NCBI GenBank assembly: GCA_051294905.1
Contig: CM119371.1
Location: forward strand, 32,180,001 to 32,244,000
DNA length: 64,000 bases
Source of the DNA: Botryllus schlosseri
Taxonomy: Eukaryota
Direction: 5' to 3'
In this document: positions 1 through 12,070 of the stretch, one piece after another
Layout of the letters: the number at the start of each line of letters is the position of its first letter
Position numbering within the stretch: the first letter of the stretch is position 1
The notes under the pieces: model-generated
Database searches by the model: none
What the model was told of the DNA's origin: nothing
The model's input: only the letters and a program-made list of their open reading frames with translations
Program-made: the position numbers and the translations under genes

Positions 1-51
1 GCTTCGTAGTACCGGCGATGAAATGTAGGCGTGTGGCGCAACGTTATATGT

Positions 52-650
52 TCATCATCATCATCATCATTGGTTTATTAGCAATTTTATCAGTTCAATA
101 CACCACAAAAAATGCGATACAATGAAAAGACAGGAAGATGTCGAAGCGACAAGGAGCAGTCTATGGAATCTGACACCCACCTTGGCCTAGGCGATGTAAA
201 GAGGAGGCATGCACACTGAATGAAAGTAAAGAAGATAGTATAGAAAAAAGAAAGCGACAATAAATAGGGCGGCATGTCATGGGAAGCGAGATCGATAGGT
301 CAGTCGTGGTCCGGTAATCTTGAGGATGGACTGTATTTATTTAGTAGTAATTGCTTGTATTTCGACTTGAATGTGGACATGCTCGTCGACTGTCGGATGG
401 CCGGCGGGATACTGTTCCACACATCAGGTCCGGCATATTTGATAGAGCGATGATCTTTTCGGTCGATCATATGATATTTGGACGACGTGGACGCGCGTGT
501 GTTGTACTTGTGCGCTTTTGATTCCGAGGTAAAGAAGTCATTGAAATATTCGGGGCAACGACCGCAGTGGAACTGATACATAAACTTGGCGATTTCTAGT
601 TTCCGCATATCCGCATATCCGCATATCCGCATATTCCGCATGTTCCAGCC
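52..650 (-). mobile_element. 3' end of a CR1/L2-clade LINE (ORF2 C-terminus, 3' UTR, (ATG)n tail)
   Basis: ORF 300-641 has FMY..HKYNTR..SIKYAGPDVWNSIP..IR..S..TFKSKYKQLLL, typical of CR1/L2 ORF2 ends. On the minus strand AATAAA is followed by an (ATG)n tail at 52-70. Confidence 0.85.
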
Positions 651-1309
651 TTATACTTTGAGATTTGAGAAGTCGAGCAGTATTTAGATATTCGGAATCA
701 GTGCGACCATCTTAAATTCAATTATTATCTGTTATTATAAATTCTAAGCTATTAACCATGAATTACGGTATCAATGGTGAAGCTTGACCCGTCTGTGCAT
801 AGCTTATCGTTTCAGGCTTTATTTTCGAATAAGTAATATGCAAATTCCCTAATTTAGGGCGGTAAATGTTCAAAATTCAGTCATTCATGAACATCGATAG
901 AAAATGACAATAGTGATTGAAGGTTTCACAATTTTCGTTCACTCATCCTGGCGACAGGTGACGAACTGCCTCATTTGGCTCCCCTGACCCCACGTCACTG
1001 ATGTAACGCACCTTACATTGGGTATATACTGCTGTAGTGACCTTGAGTTCTCGCAATTGAAAGGAGCATCACTACGAAGCTGCGTTCTCGTAACTCAAGG
1101 TTCGCATGCTCGAATAAGGTTATACCAGCATGATTAGTACGAGTATTTACGAAGAAAATGAGGCACAACACGATGAACCCCCTGTAGTGAGATTGTATAA
1201 GAGCTAAAATGACGTCACAAATTTTCAATTGTGACGTAACAGTTGATTGACATGTATGGCTCTTTGGGAGTTAAAATGGGAAAAAATCGGCTAAAATGGC
1301 TCTTCCGAC

Positions 1310-1380
1310 GAACAAGGTTCCCGACCACTGACCTATACCGATCGATGAGCCGGACGCATCACCATTACACTATCTCGCCC
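1310..1380 (-). mobile_element. tRNA-like SINE head fragment
   Basis: Minus strand GGCGAGATAGTGTAATGGTGATGCGTCCGGCT matches the head of the SINE at 47450-47713. Confidence 0.55.
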
Positions 1381-2455
1381 GGTGGTCACAGCCTTGTCCC
1401 GAAGTCAAATGAAATAGGTATGGTCGAAAACAACAAATAATTTGTAATGTGATGTGGGAGTGGCATTATATTCCTTGTGATCACATAAAATGAACATATT
1501 TGACCGTGTCATTTCAGCTGCCGATTTTGACTAGCCATAGTTATATAAATGTCGGAATTGTGAACCTCACTGCTGATTGTTACATCACAAGTGTTATCTA
1601 CGCGTCGTCACTGACTATCCAAGCTTGGTAGAACCTAGGTATTTGACATGGGCTAGCGCTAGCTTGACTGATAGACTAATGCTCTGCTATAGTTCTGGTC
1701 ACCAGCAAGTACCGCTAGCTCCTATCGAAGGGGAGTGACAAGCAACACTCGATTAGGGCTTTTCTGAATCGTGCATCTGTTGCAATTAGTAAAACAGATG
1801 TATGTTCGTGCTTTCGCCATTTAACCGAGATTTGGTTTTTGCTGCTGGGCGAGTAGTGCGCAAATCGGGTAAGAGCTCCTCAAACGATTATAGATTTGAA
1901 AATCTTTTACCCGTCCAATAAGACACACATCAAGTCATGAAAACTCAGTGGTTGCTCACAGTGATCGCATCAATCGCTGGCTCGAACAGTCCGTGCTAAT
2001 TGAATGAATTGTTGGTACTGGTATTCAATACTTGTGCTATTTTACGTGACGCATTATTTGTTATTGCATAATTTCGTGTCAATTTAGTTGGCGTTTGATT
2101 GATTGCTTGGTCGACTCCAGCCTATCTTTTCCCTTTATCGCAATCGTGTGGTGTTTTGCAACGATGAAAACATAACAAACTGAACTAATGAACTGATACT
2201 ACCAGTGCGACAGAATGGATATCTTGTATCTGACTGCAATATTAGACCTCGAGACTCAAAGTCACCATACAAATTTGCATTAGGGGACGCTCATCGCTCA
2301 AGTGAAAATCATTGATGTTTTTATCATATTAGTTGAATACTTGGTAAAATTGTTAGGTTCGTGCCAATCATTATTTCCTCGTGTGCCTTGCTTCGTATTT
2401 ATACCCTGTTTTCTGTGATCTACTGTGCTTTATCTGGACTCCGGATAGTGATCAT

Positions 2456-3375
2456 TAGGGCCATTTTACATGACCTTAAAAATCAATAACAAGACGTTAT
2501 ATTTCGGAAAATACGACTTTGTGTGAAAATCGTGTATTTTTACATGCGAACAACGTCACTCACGGAGCTAAAGAGTAAAACATACGCAACATAACAGTAA
2601 TGCATATCCATTTTCATCTTAAACCACTGTTGTAGTACAGTTTCTTGTAGTTGAGAATGTTAGAATCTTTGAAGTTACGATTGGGACGTAAAAATGACTT
2701 TAGTAAGGAAAATGAGCGCTCCACAGACGGTGATGTGGATTGAAACTTCTGCAGTTTTGCATAAAGCGATGGTGAAATATCTTGTCTTTGTAGCTCCATA
2801 ATTTGCTTCACATCGTTTTTGTCCAATCGCTTCTTAATGTAATTTTTGAGCTCAAGCTGATCTTTTCCGAAATCAAGGGCATTTAGAGCAGCATGGGCCT
2901 CTTCGATGGTGTACGTACAACTTTTCATTTTCAGTATCAAGTTTGAAATATTATTGTAGTGGAGACATATTTCTGTTAACTGATCGTTGACTGAATTTTT
3001 GACGCTTTTAAAAATAACTCCTTCTCCTTCCCATGCATGCTTTATCTTGTAGAAGTCTCTCGGCATAATATTGGGCAGCATTCAACCAGCTTCCCCAACG
3101 AGTAACTGCCTTACTTTCTCAGGGCTTAATTGTTTCACCGCTGTACTTTTTACTTTCAGTATACAACAATATGTCTTTATAACTAAAAATATAACTATAT
3201 AACTTGAAAAGCTGATTTATGACCTAACCAGGAAAATATGACTTTATGTGACTTTATGTGACTTCATAACTTTCTTAATATACCTCATAGGGATGCGGTT
3301 TTTGCGATAAAATTGATTTCACGACTTTCTGATGCATAGAAAAAAATAAGACTTTAATGACTTTAAATGGCGGTA
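2456..3375 (-). mobile_element. Deleted hAT-like element carrying a transposase C-terminal fragment (ORF 2614-3081)
   Basis: The ORF ends STSPSVERSFSLLKSFLRPNRNF, an hAT dimerization-type motif. Imperfect TIRs TAGGGCCATTT / AAATGGCGGTA; flanks gtgatcat / gtgacttc match only partly. Confidence 0.7.
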
Positions 3376-3689
3376 GTGACTTCTGCTGTATAAACTTGAA
3401 TATATTGGATTCTGATTGGAATTCCGTCGTATATGTTTGCTGTTCTAGACGATGAACGTAGAACGGAACAAAAATCCTCCGCCCGCAGGAGAGAACAAGG
3501 TTCGGGTCTCGGTGGAAGCACGCCTCGAAGTGTCCAAGCGCTGTAAAAGTTCACCGGGAATCCCTTTCTATATATAGCATAGTGGTTCGCAAACTTTTTC
3601 GGCTTGTGGCACACTAGAAAAGTTATAAAACTCTCGCGATACACGTGGGCCAAGAAAAGATGCTTTAAGAAAGATCGATGGTTTTTTTA

Positions 3690-4265
3690 TTACATCAACA
3701 GAACATATACAATATACAGGAGGTTGAATTGTCCACTAACTCACCCGGATTTTGTAATGTACATAGTAAAACCCTAGATATTAAAAGGATTTTTGGATAT
3801 GGCGAACAAAACGGTTTGCGTTGTGATCGCCTAACAAGCATAATGAACAACAATAATCCGCATTTTGTCATCAATTCCAAGCAGTGTCTCTCCTTTACAG
3901 CTTTAATAACCATATGTCCACCTAGCCATGAAGATGCAAATTTTAACACAATATTGATTGCTTTTGCATCGATTATGGAATAGGATTTGCTAGCAGACAA
4001 CTAAAAATCACCTAATTTATTTTGAAGAAATAGCTTTAAATTTTCGTAAAGCATTTACCTGCTCTTCTATGGAAAAATTGCTTGATTTAATAGGATGCCA
4101 TAACTATTTCATTTTCACTTGTGCTTATTTATCAGCTGTTGAAGAAGTTGAAGCGTCTGTAAGTCGCGTATACTATAGTCTTCAGGCCTTTTTCAAAATA
4201 TTTATAGTTATTTTCCAAAACTCCAATATCGTTCGCGGCACACCTGAGAATCTGTGGCGGGTGGC
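3690..4265 (-). mobile_element. Buster/Charlie-type hAT transposase relic
   Basis: Frameshifted Y..I..KAINIVLKFASSWL..IK..K.R..L resembles the Buster C-terminus. A CGCGGCACAC motif lies near 4235. Confidence 0.5.
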
Positions 4266-4342
4266 TTTAGCCAGGTGAAGTACGAATAAAAAGCGAATGG
4301 AAAGAGCATGGGAGAGCGTCTAAACACGAAATAGGTCTACAG

Positions 4343-5691
4343 CAGTGGTTCTCAACCGCCGGTCCGCGGACCGGTGCCGGTCCGTGACGACATTCCTGCC
4401 GGTCCGCCAGGTATATTACAATTTTATACCTTAATTTCAAGTTGCAATGTTGAAGGCTTGTCCATTGATAAAATAAATAAAACATCAAATTTAAAATAAT
4501 TCAGAACTTCGTGAGGTAACATTAGGACCAGAAACATGTTCGATTTGACTTAAAGTTCAAGACCTGTCATTTGACGACATGTGAGCGACAAGTACAGAAC
4601 AGATACGAGCTGACTCATCGCTAAACTGCGCAGTTTGCGCGATCATTCGTTTTCGATTCATTCATTTTGTGCAGGACCGTAACTGGGGCACCCCAAACCG
4701 CCCAATTGGAGAGGGACCGAGCTTGAAAAAAGCCCAAAATTATTTTTCAGATGAACATAAATCATAGCGTATTTTTCTGAAACTTTTTCCAACATTTTTC
4801 AATTTCTTTTCGCGCTTTGCGCGATTTAGTTTCACTAAACGTCTTGCTTATATTAGGTGCCCTTCTTCGAGAAATACGCATGGTTTATAGAAATAGGCAT
4901 TCCGGCGTCAGACATTACCGTGCCACGACGAACCAACGCATAATGAAGTTTAAGCTAACATGGGACTCCGAATAGTGTGCCAAAATTTCGGCAGCAAAAA
5001 AAAACGATTCAGACATGAATTATCGATAATTTTCGCTATTGGCGCGATTTAGCCGCATAAACTCTCTGCTTACACTGAGTAGAATGAATGTGCTCACAAG
5101 TACAGGTGAAAAAATCCACCCAACTGTGCGGTCTGGGGGCGAAGCCCCGGAAGTTTGCCTTATCGCCCTGTGGGGCCCAAGACCAGAGTTTTTGGGGTGG
5201 GCTAACGAAGTGCTTTTACGGCTCGAATTTGCGGATGGCCGGTATAGTTTGCTGCAAGGTGTTTTCTTGCGGCATGCATTGTATTCGTGGTTGCCAGAGT
5301 AGCCTATGCGTCTGGTTGCAGTGGGCAATGAGCAAGGTAGCACGATAAGGTGCTTGGTTCGAGTTGGCGTGGCCGGTTAAACCCACGGCCTTTGGCGCAA
5401 AAGTATGTAAACGACTCTCAGCGGTAGCACGTTCAACCGTTCATCTGGATAAGGCAACTTTACCTCGACTCTGCAGACTGACTACCATTAAATCGCATGG
5501 ATGCCATCATGAAGATAATTAATTACGATCAAAACCCTCTAAATGACACTCTCTAGCACCATATAATTGCAAAAAAACGGTTGCATATACTTTACATTCT
5601 GGCTTCATTTCAATTTTCAAAGTTCACCGGTCCGCCAGACATATTTTAAAATTTTACCGGTCCGCGAGGTGAAAAAGGTTGAGAACCACTG
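4343..5691. mobile_element. Non-autonomous hAT (Buster-type) element, family A copy 1
   Basis: TIR CAGTGGTTCTCAACC / GGTTGAGAACCACTG with a perfect 8-bp TSD gtctacag. Homologous to 51111-52458 and 61967-63147. Confidence 0.95.
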
Positions 5692-5779
5692 GTCTACAGC
5701 CTAGAGCCTATCACTATCGGACGCTGTTACATCTGACATTACATGTAATGGCCAAGGTGGGTGTGAGATTGAGAGACCG

Positions 5780-6058
5780 TTTGTTGTTTGTTTGTGTTAT
5801 TCATGGTGTTTGTCGACTAACAATGGCCATCTAAGCCAGGCCGATTGTCTTTATTTTGATTCCGTATCTGCCGACTCGTAGCACGGCCCACTTCTATAGG
5901 CTTATTTCAGACACCGCTTGCGCGGATCAGATGGCAAGGAGGAGCCTAGATAAATCTCCAACACTTAGGTGGGAATTCTGGAGTCGACCTCGGTCGGACT
6001 CGATCCAGCAACCCATTGGTGTTGCAGCTGTGGATTATACCGCTGCGTTATCTCGCCA
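5780..6058 (-). mobile_element. tRNA-derived SINE (family S1)
   Basis: A/B-box-like head on the minus strand and an (AAAC/AAC)n tail. Homologous to 14680-14929 and 15390-15520. Confidence 0.75.
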
Positions 6059-8329
6059 ACCTTCAGAGTCCGTGCTTGTCGCTTTGGCATCCTCCTATAC
6101 CTGTTAATTACATCTCATTGTGTCTTATGGGTCGCATTGTATACATTGTAGCTCTTGAGCGGGTAAAATAAGTTCAGTGTCTGGTTACAAGACTACTATA
6201 CCAGTCGGTTCGACAATTTCCTTTCTCTTCTCATTACATCACAATCTTGTGGTGTTTTTGAATGGGTACGAATATCAATAAATGGCTGACTGACTGAATA
6301 GAACCACCGATAATACTATTATTTTTATAGATGTGCAAGACCGAATACAACGCATTTTCGCTACGCTCGATGGATATTGTATGGCCCGCTGCTCTTGACT
6401 GCTGCAAGCAATAGTGCACTTCGAACAGACATTGGGGGTTTCACATTCCACGGAATAGTGACGTACCAGACTACAGTTTCAAGGACTCGAGTAAGATCAA
6501 GGGCGCTATACCGGAACTTTGTGTGGGCAATATCATGTACAATATGCGGTATACGCTCTACTGTACAGATCATAACTGCAGGGCCAGTTTTCATGATAAA
6601 AATCGGTGATTATTCGGATGAATTTCTGCTAAATCAGTGAAGATATCGAGAATATTTCGGTATTGTGATCATGCAGTCGTTCGTAGTTAGATGTGGAATG
6701 TTATGTAGTAGATCGATCAAACATCAAATAGACTGTTCTGCTTCGTGATATAATATAAACCCATTGTTATATGGAGAATTCAACGTAACTAGGCCGAAGA
6801 ATTCTTACCTTACTTTGCAGAGGTGCAGGGCTAACTTCCGTAGGGTAGTTAATATAATGTAACACGAGAATTGAGTAATTTGCCTTTACAGCGTACACAT
6901 GCAGTCATGCATATGTGTGCGTCAGAAATGCCGGTCGGTATCGACATATTTCAGGAATTCGGGGATTTAGAAAACGTATACTGGACATGGCCATTTTGTG
7001 TCGCGATCGACATATTGTAAAACTACACTACACAATTTGGAATCGTATCCAACCATATCGCTCAGCTAAGGAGTTCCTATTACGAGGTTAACAGTTCAGT
7101 TCCGCCCACAAATTCCCACTTATCTAATTCAGAGCAGCCGGCTTCAGTTTTCTCTTGCATGAGCTATATACAGCACGTGTAATGAATGATGCAGAATTTA
7201 CGAACAGTTCAGTGATGATAGATGATTAGTTGTAGCCAGAGCTGCAGATAGCAGGACCTGGACCATTTGAGCGGGACGTGATGCTACAGATCCATCGCGA
7301 AGTTCAGAGTAGGCTACATGTTGAGTCACAATGAATAAGTGGAAGATTTGTAGGGGGGCTAATAGTTCATACTGTGCACTCAACGTTACGGAGCTTCGCG
7401 TGGTTGCGTATACTATGATCACAGCTGACTACACCGACAATCTACTATGGAAATTTGTTGAATTGGCCGCGGTTACTGAATTGTTTGGCTTCCGCAGTCC
7501 GTAACTGAATTCCCGGCAGTATCCCATATCAGAAAAACACAAAATCTTTGCTTCATCCGAATCTATTTGTTGTTTATTGAATTCGGAAATAGTATAATTT
7601 GTGCCGACAGTTCCAAGTTTCAACAACGGCATTAATCCTAAATATATTACGCTTTTACACGTCATAATTGCGTCGTACCATCCACACGTCGATGCTGGAT
7701 TGTGACTGATAGCGGACATAGCGCCGATCAGAAGATGTCTCTGAATTCGGAGTAACTATGGTGAATGCTTGTAAGTGTTAGGTGATGCTTTTATCATCTG
7801 TCTGCCGAGCCTCTGTGCAGACTGCGTAGAAAGACGCTACGTATGGAGAAAAAAGATATTTTATTATATAAGGTCATGTCGTATACCATCATGTATAAAT
7901 GTTTGAATCTAAGAAAAAAGGATTTATATCGAAGATGCTTCAATGCCGAAGTAGCCATTCCGAGTATACTCAATTAGGACGCATTTTGTGGAACGCCACA
8001 CTTAAGATGCGCATTTTCTGGCAACCTAAAAATGATCAATTGAATTATTCTCTTGCCGAACACCAGCTACCGGTAGAGAAAAAATGTTTGTCCCATGAAT
8101 AAGTTCGGAATTTGAATAACGTGCGGCCCGCGCCATTTGATTTTGATTTAGCTGATGGTCAGGTACGTTTCAGCCAAGCTCAAGTCTAGAAATAGAACAT
8201 ATTATGGACAACAAAATTGCTAAAATAATTATATGCTAAGTGCTATCATTGCACATGATTATTTTTGACCAAGTATGCAACTCATGATTTACCTCCACCT
8301 CATAACTATTACTCTGTGTATAGTTATAA

Positions 8330-8490
8330 CTACATAATTGAGAGGTCTCTCAACATTCATAACCTTCCATTCCATGAAACTATGCGTTGGGATTACTAGC
8401 ATTCTGGTTGCATTTTGTGAGACGATAAGGGGCGCGGCATTTTTCACTATCATAAAGTGGGGCGTGTCTAAAAAAGTTTGAGAACCACTG
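8330..8490. mobile_element. Truncated hAT MITE (family D)
   Basis: Ends TTTGAGAACCACTG; reverse-complement similarity to 49435-49600. Confidence 0.6.
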
Positions 8491-9199
8491 TCGTAAACGG
8501 TTCGATACTTATAGTGTGAACACAAACTATTATACAAGGTTCGCTGTGAACATGAATATAATATATCGTCTAGTGCAGTCACAATCCTATTCCAAACACA
8601 AATCGCTTTTGGTATTCCTTTCTATGACCGTGAAAGTATAAGATATTACCGCAGTAGAGTAGTCACGTAGTGTATACTCTTAGTAGCATTCGTAAGATGT
8701 CGCTAATGACAGTTTCTGACTGGAAATGCCTGCCGTGATATTATAACAGCTTCTTGGTAGAAATTATGATAGATGTAGGCCGTAGGGCCTGTAAGATATG
8801 CTTATTTTCACCCATCAGTATATCAGGATTGACGTCGTTCGCCGATCCATTCAACCGTGCTTTGTGATACCGTGGTATCACCAGCAAAATCCCTGAGCCG
8901 CAATTGATTTTTGGCGCTATTAGGTTTATCATAATTGACATTGAATGCATTTCTCGATGTCACTGCAACGCAGCGGCTGATAAAAAGTTGAAATTTAAGG
9001 AGTCTTGATCACAAATGTTAACAATGTCGGAAAATTATTTTATTCCGCCGAAAAATTCGTAGTGTGGGACGTAACTAGCTTCGTTTGCGAACGCGTAGAC
9101 CTACCTCTGAATTATCAAGGTTCACGTTGCCTGTATGGTTCACTATATCTCTACCGCTGATTGCAAATACCCAAAGTGAAAAATTACACAATTCGTCCT

Positions 9200-9645
9200 T
9201 ATTGAAACGTATTCGCATACTGTAACCAAGGCAAGCACCACAGACTTGATAATTCTAATTGTCTAATTATCATATGGAATGCATTACCACCACATATCCG
9301 TGAATTGCCTTATAATAGATTCAAAAAAGACCTACTTGATCATCTCCTGTCGTTATACTACTAACACTGTTGCCCTGCCTCGCCCAGACATTGCTTCATT
9401 GATCATTTGCTACCATCGTTTAATTTTTATTCTATTTTCCCTTTTTAACTAAACATTTTTTACAGCGATACTGTTCAGAGTCAAGTGTACCTGTTTGATG
9501 CTGGTGTGATCAGACTAGATGACCTTCACCGTCTCATCGATCATTCCTATCTAATACCGAATACTGTGCAGTGTGCATGCATATTTTCTGTACCACCATC
9601 ACTGCCGTTTGTTATGTATTTTGGTTGGATGAAAATAAAGACTCT
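9200..9645 (+). mobile_element. CR1/L2-clade LINE 3' end
   Basis: Translates as IWNALPPHIRELPYNRFKKDLLDHLLSLY, followed by a 3' UTR with AATAAA at ~9634. Confidence 0.7.
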
Positions 9646-9804
9646 CTGTAATTATACTATAATTATAACTAAATGGCGGTCATTTAATTATAAAATAATT
9701 CGTTAAATGTTTCTACGCTTCAACTGTAATTCTAATCTAATTGCTGGTTTTCCTGAACATGTCACAGGAGAAGGGTATGGTATGAAACGAGGCAAGCTGT
9801 GCAG

Positions 9805-10241
9805 TAGGGCTGTACAAAAACACTTTTCCTTCAAATTTCACTGGCTACTCGATAAAATTGTTAGGTTGGTTAAAAAAACGCTGCACACCAACTTTGGCTC
9901 AATTCCAACCAGTAGAAGCGAGATTCTTGCAGTAGAAAGTTTTGAATTTATCATTAAAAAATTATAAAATAAAATATCAAAATTTTCAGTCGACCACATA
10001 AAATTGTTAGGCTGTCTGTAGAGATGATGCATACCAAATTTGGCTCAATTCCAACCACTAGAAGTGAAGTTATTACAGTAGAAAAATGTCTAATTCCATG
10101 ATTTTATACTAAATAATTATGGAGTTAGTCACCGTAAATACTATTTTATTCAAATCCAAATTTGTCTACCGCAATACCTTCGCTTCTAGGTGTTGGAATT
10201 GAGCCAAAGTTGATATGATGAGGATTTTTTTAACAACCCTA
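9805..10241. mobile_element. Deleted copy of palindromic MITE family I
   Basis: TAGGGCTG...CAACCCTA ends; clear similarity to 27090-28196; flanks ctgtgcag / cagtgcaa. Confidence 0.7.
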
Positions 10242-10370
10242 CAGTGCAATGTGGAGTGTGCACAACTGCACATGCTTCACACTATTCTCGTGCTTACGTG
10301 CACTGTGCAGACTTGGACAACTAGAAAATGTTCAGCTGTTCCAAATTATATCAAGAAACACAACTATAAC

Positions 10371-11517
10371 CAGAGGTGGTCAGTAACGAAGTACTTCTAC
10401 TTTTTGAAAGTACTCAAGTAGTTTTCCTCTACTTCTGGTACTTACTCAAGTAGATCTGATTTTCTCTACTTCTACTTCTACTTCGTAATATTTTGTGATC
10501 TACTTACTTACTTTTCGCTATTTTCAGTTTGTCAAGTAGAAGTAGTTTAATCCCCCAATACGAAAGAGAGCCTGAACAATTTCTGGGCTGTTTTCGCGGA
10601 GTACCAACATTTAATATTCATAAAAGTCAAGTAAAGCCCAGAAATTTTGTTGCGCTTCGCGCACAGTAGTTATGGAGTGACAAATATGTTTGCACGATAG
10701 TATCAGTGAATTTAACTTATGTACCGGATTGCTTATAGAAAAATCCAGCTTTTTGGAACGTTACACCTTTGGTCACCTTTGAAGCTTTATGTACAAAAGG
10801 CATGAAATATATTGTCCAAATTTTAGAAGTGGTATTCGTATTTCACTTTCAATTCCGAGTATGATACTTGAAGTATTATACTTTGGGATCTAAATACTTT
10901 CAGTTCTTTTGTCTGCAGAACATACATGTTGAAGCATAAAAGAAAGTGTATAGTAATGCCTCTATTCTCGGAAAATAAAGATACACTATATATAAATTTT
11001 ACAATCCACAATATTTGTCATCAACGTATACTAATCGCGAAAAGTGTTGAAACCGTATCCAATACAAGTTATCGGTATTGCTCTTCGCTTAAACTAGTGG
11101 CCTTAAAATATGGGCTAGGGCGCCATGCCACGATATTCTCTAAAACGGGGTCTTCTTGTAAACAAAGAGTTAGTATCGCATTTTCATATCACTACTATAA
11201 TTTGCATCCCATGATGCGAAAGAATGCTGATTCTGTCGAAAATTGATACTTCCTGGGTTGCATAATTACGAATCAAGCTCTCTGCACCTTCCGCATAGCT
11301 CAATTTTCAGCTTTTGGCAGTCCATGCGAACGAATTAAGACTGTTTTCAAAACTACTTACTTACTTGAGTACTTTAAAGTCGGTCAATTCTACTTCTACT
11401 TCAAGTAGTTTTAGGTGGCTTATGGAAAGAGTACTTCTACTTGTACTTGAGTAGATTTTTTCGTCGCTACTTCTACCTCTACTTGAGTAGCTTTCTTGAC
11501 TACTTTGACCACCTCTG
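10371..11517. mobile_element. hAT-type MITE family G with (A/T)AGTA/TACT subterminal repeats
   Basis: TIR CAGAGGTGGTCA / TGACCACCTCTG with a perfect TSD actataac. Inverted copy at 25504-26820. Confidence 0.93.
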
Positions 11518-12070
11518 ACTATAACCACACAGTTTTTTTTCTAAATTAGAATAAAATCATAATTATAGATTAGATTACAGTTAGAATTATCGATTTCGCG
11601 CCAACTTCGACATTGAATAAAGTTCACTCCATATCGAATCATAGTTCCGCATTCTCACGAGCTTGACAATTGCAAATATCTGCACGGCAAGTTTGGCACG
11701 TTTCGCACTACGCAGTTCTCCCGTAGCATTTATAGAAAATCCGGAAATTAGATTATAATTAAGATTGGGGCATAGGAATATTTTTCAAATTAGATTACCG
11801 ACATTTCGCTCCAATTATAGTCAAATTACACAACTAAAATTATCTAGTTATCGAGATATCTGAACTGTGATTTGATATGAGCTTAGCTTGATTTTTGCTG
11901 AACTTCTTTCTAATCCGGAATCAAATTCAATTCCCAGGTTTTTGTGAATGCAGTAGTTCTGATTCAAATATAATCTGGAAAGGCTGAGAATTTTCCGGTC
12001 GCCGGACTCTGCCTGCGCAGTTCTCAGAGACTCGGCAAGCTACCGTAGCCATCGCGCAAAGAGTAGCAAA

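Noticed and set aside
5020..5348. Overlapping ORFs repeated in family A copies (also 51729-52195 and 62713-63045)
   Set aside because: Frames are not conserved between copies; this is non-coding MITE interior.
5744..6214. Solo LTR (TG…CA)
   Set aside because: No TSD and no second copy; much of it is a SINE.
6230..7840. Possible decayed coding sequence or gene
   Set aside because: Short ORFs and isolated splice-like sites, with no motif I could recognise and no consistent exon chain.
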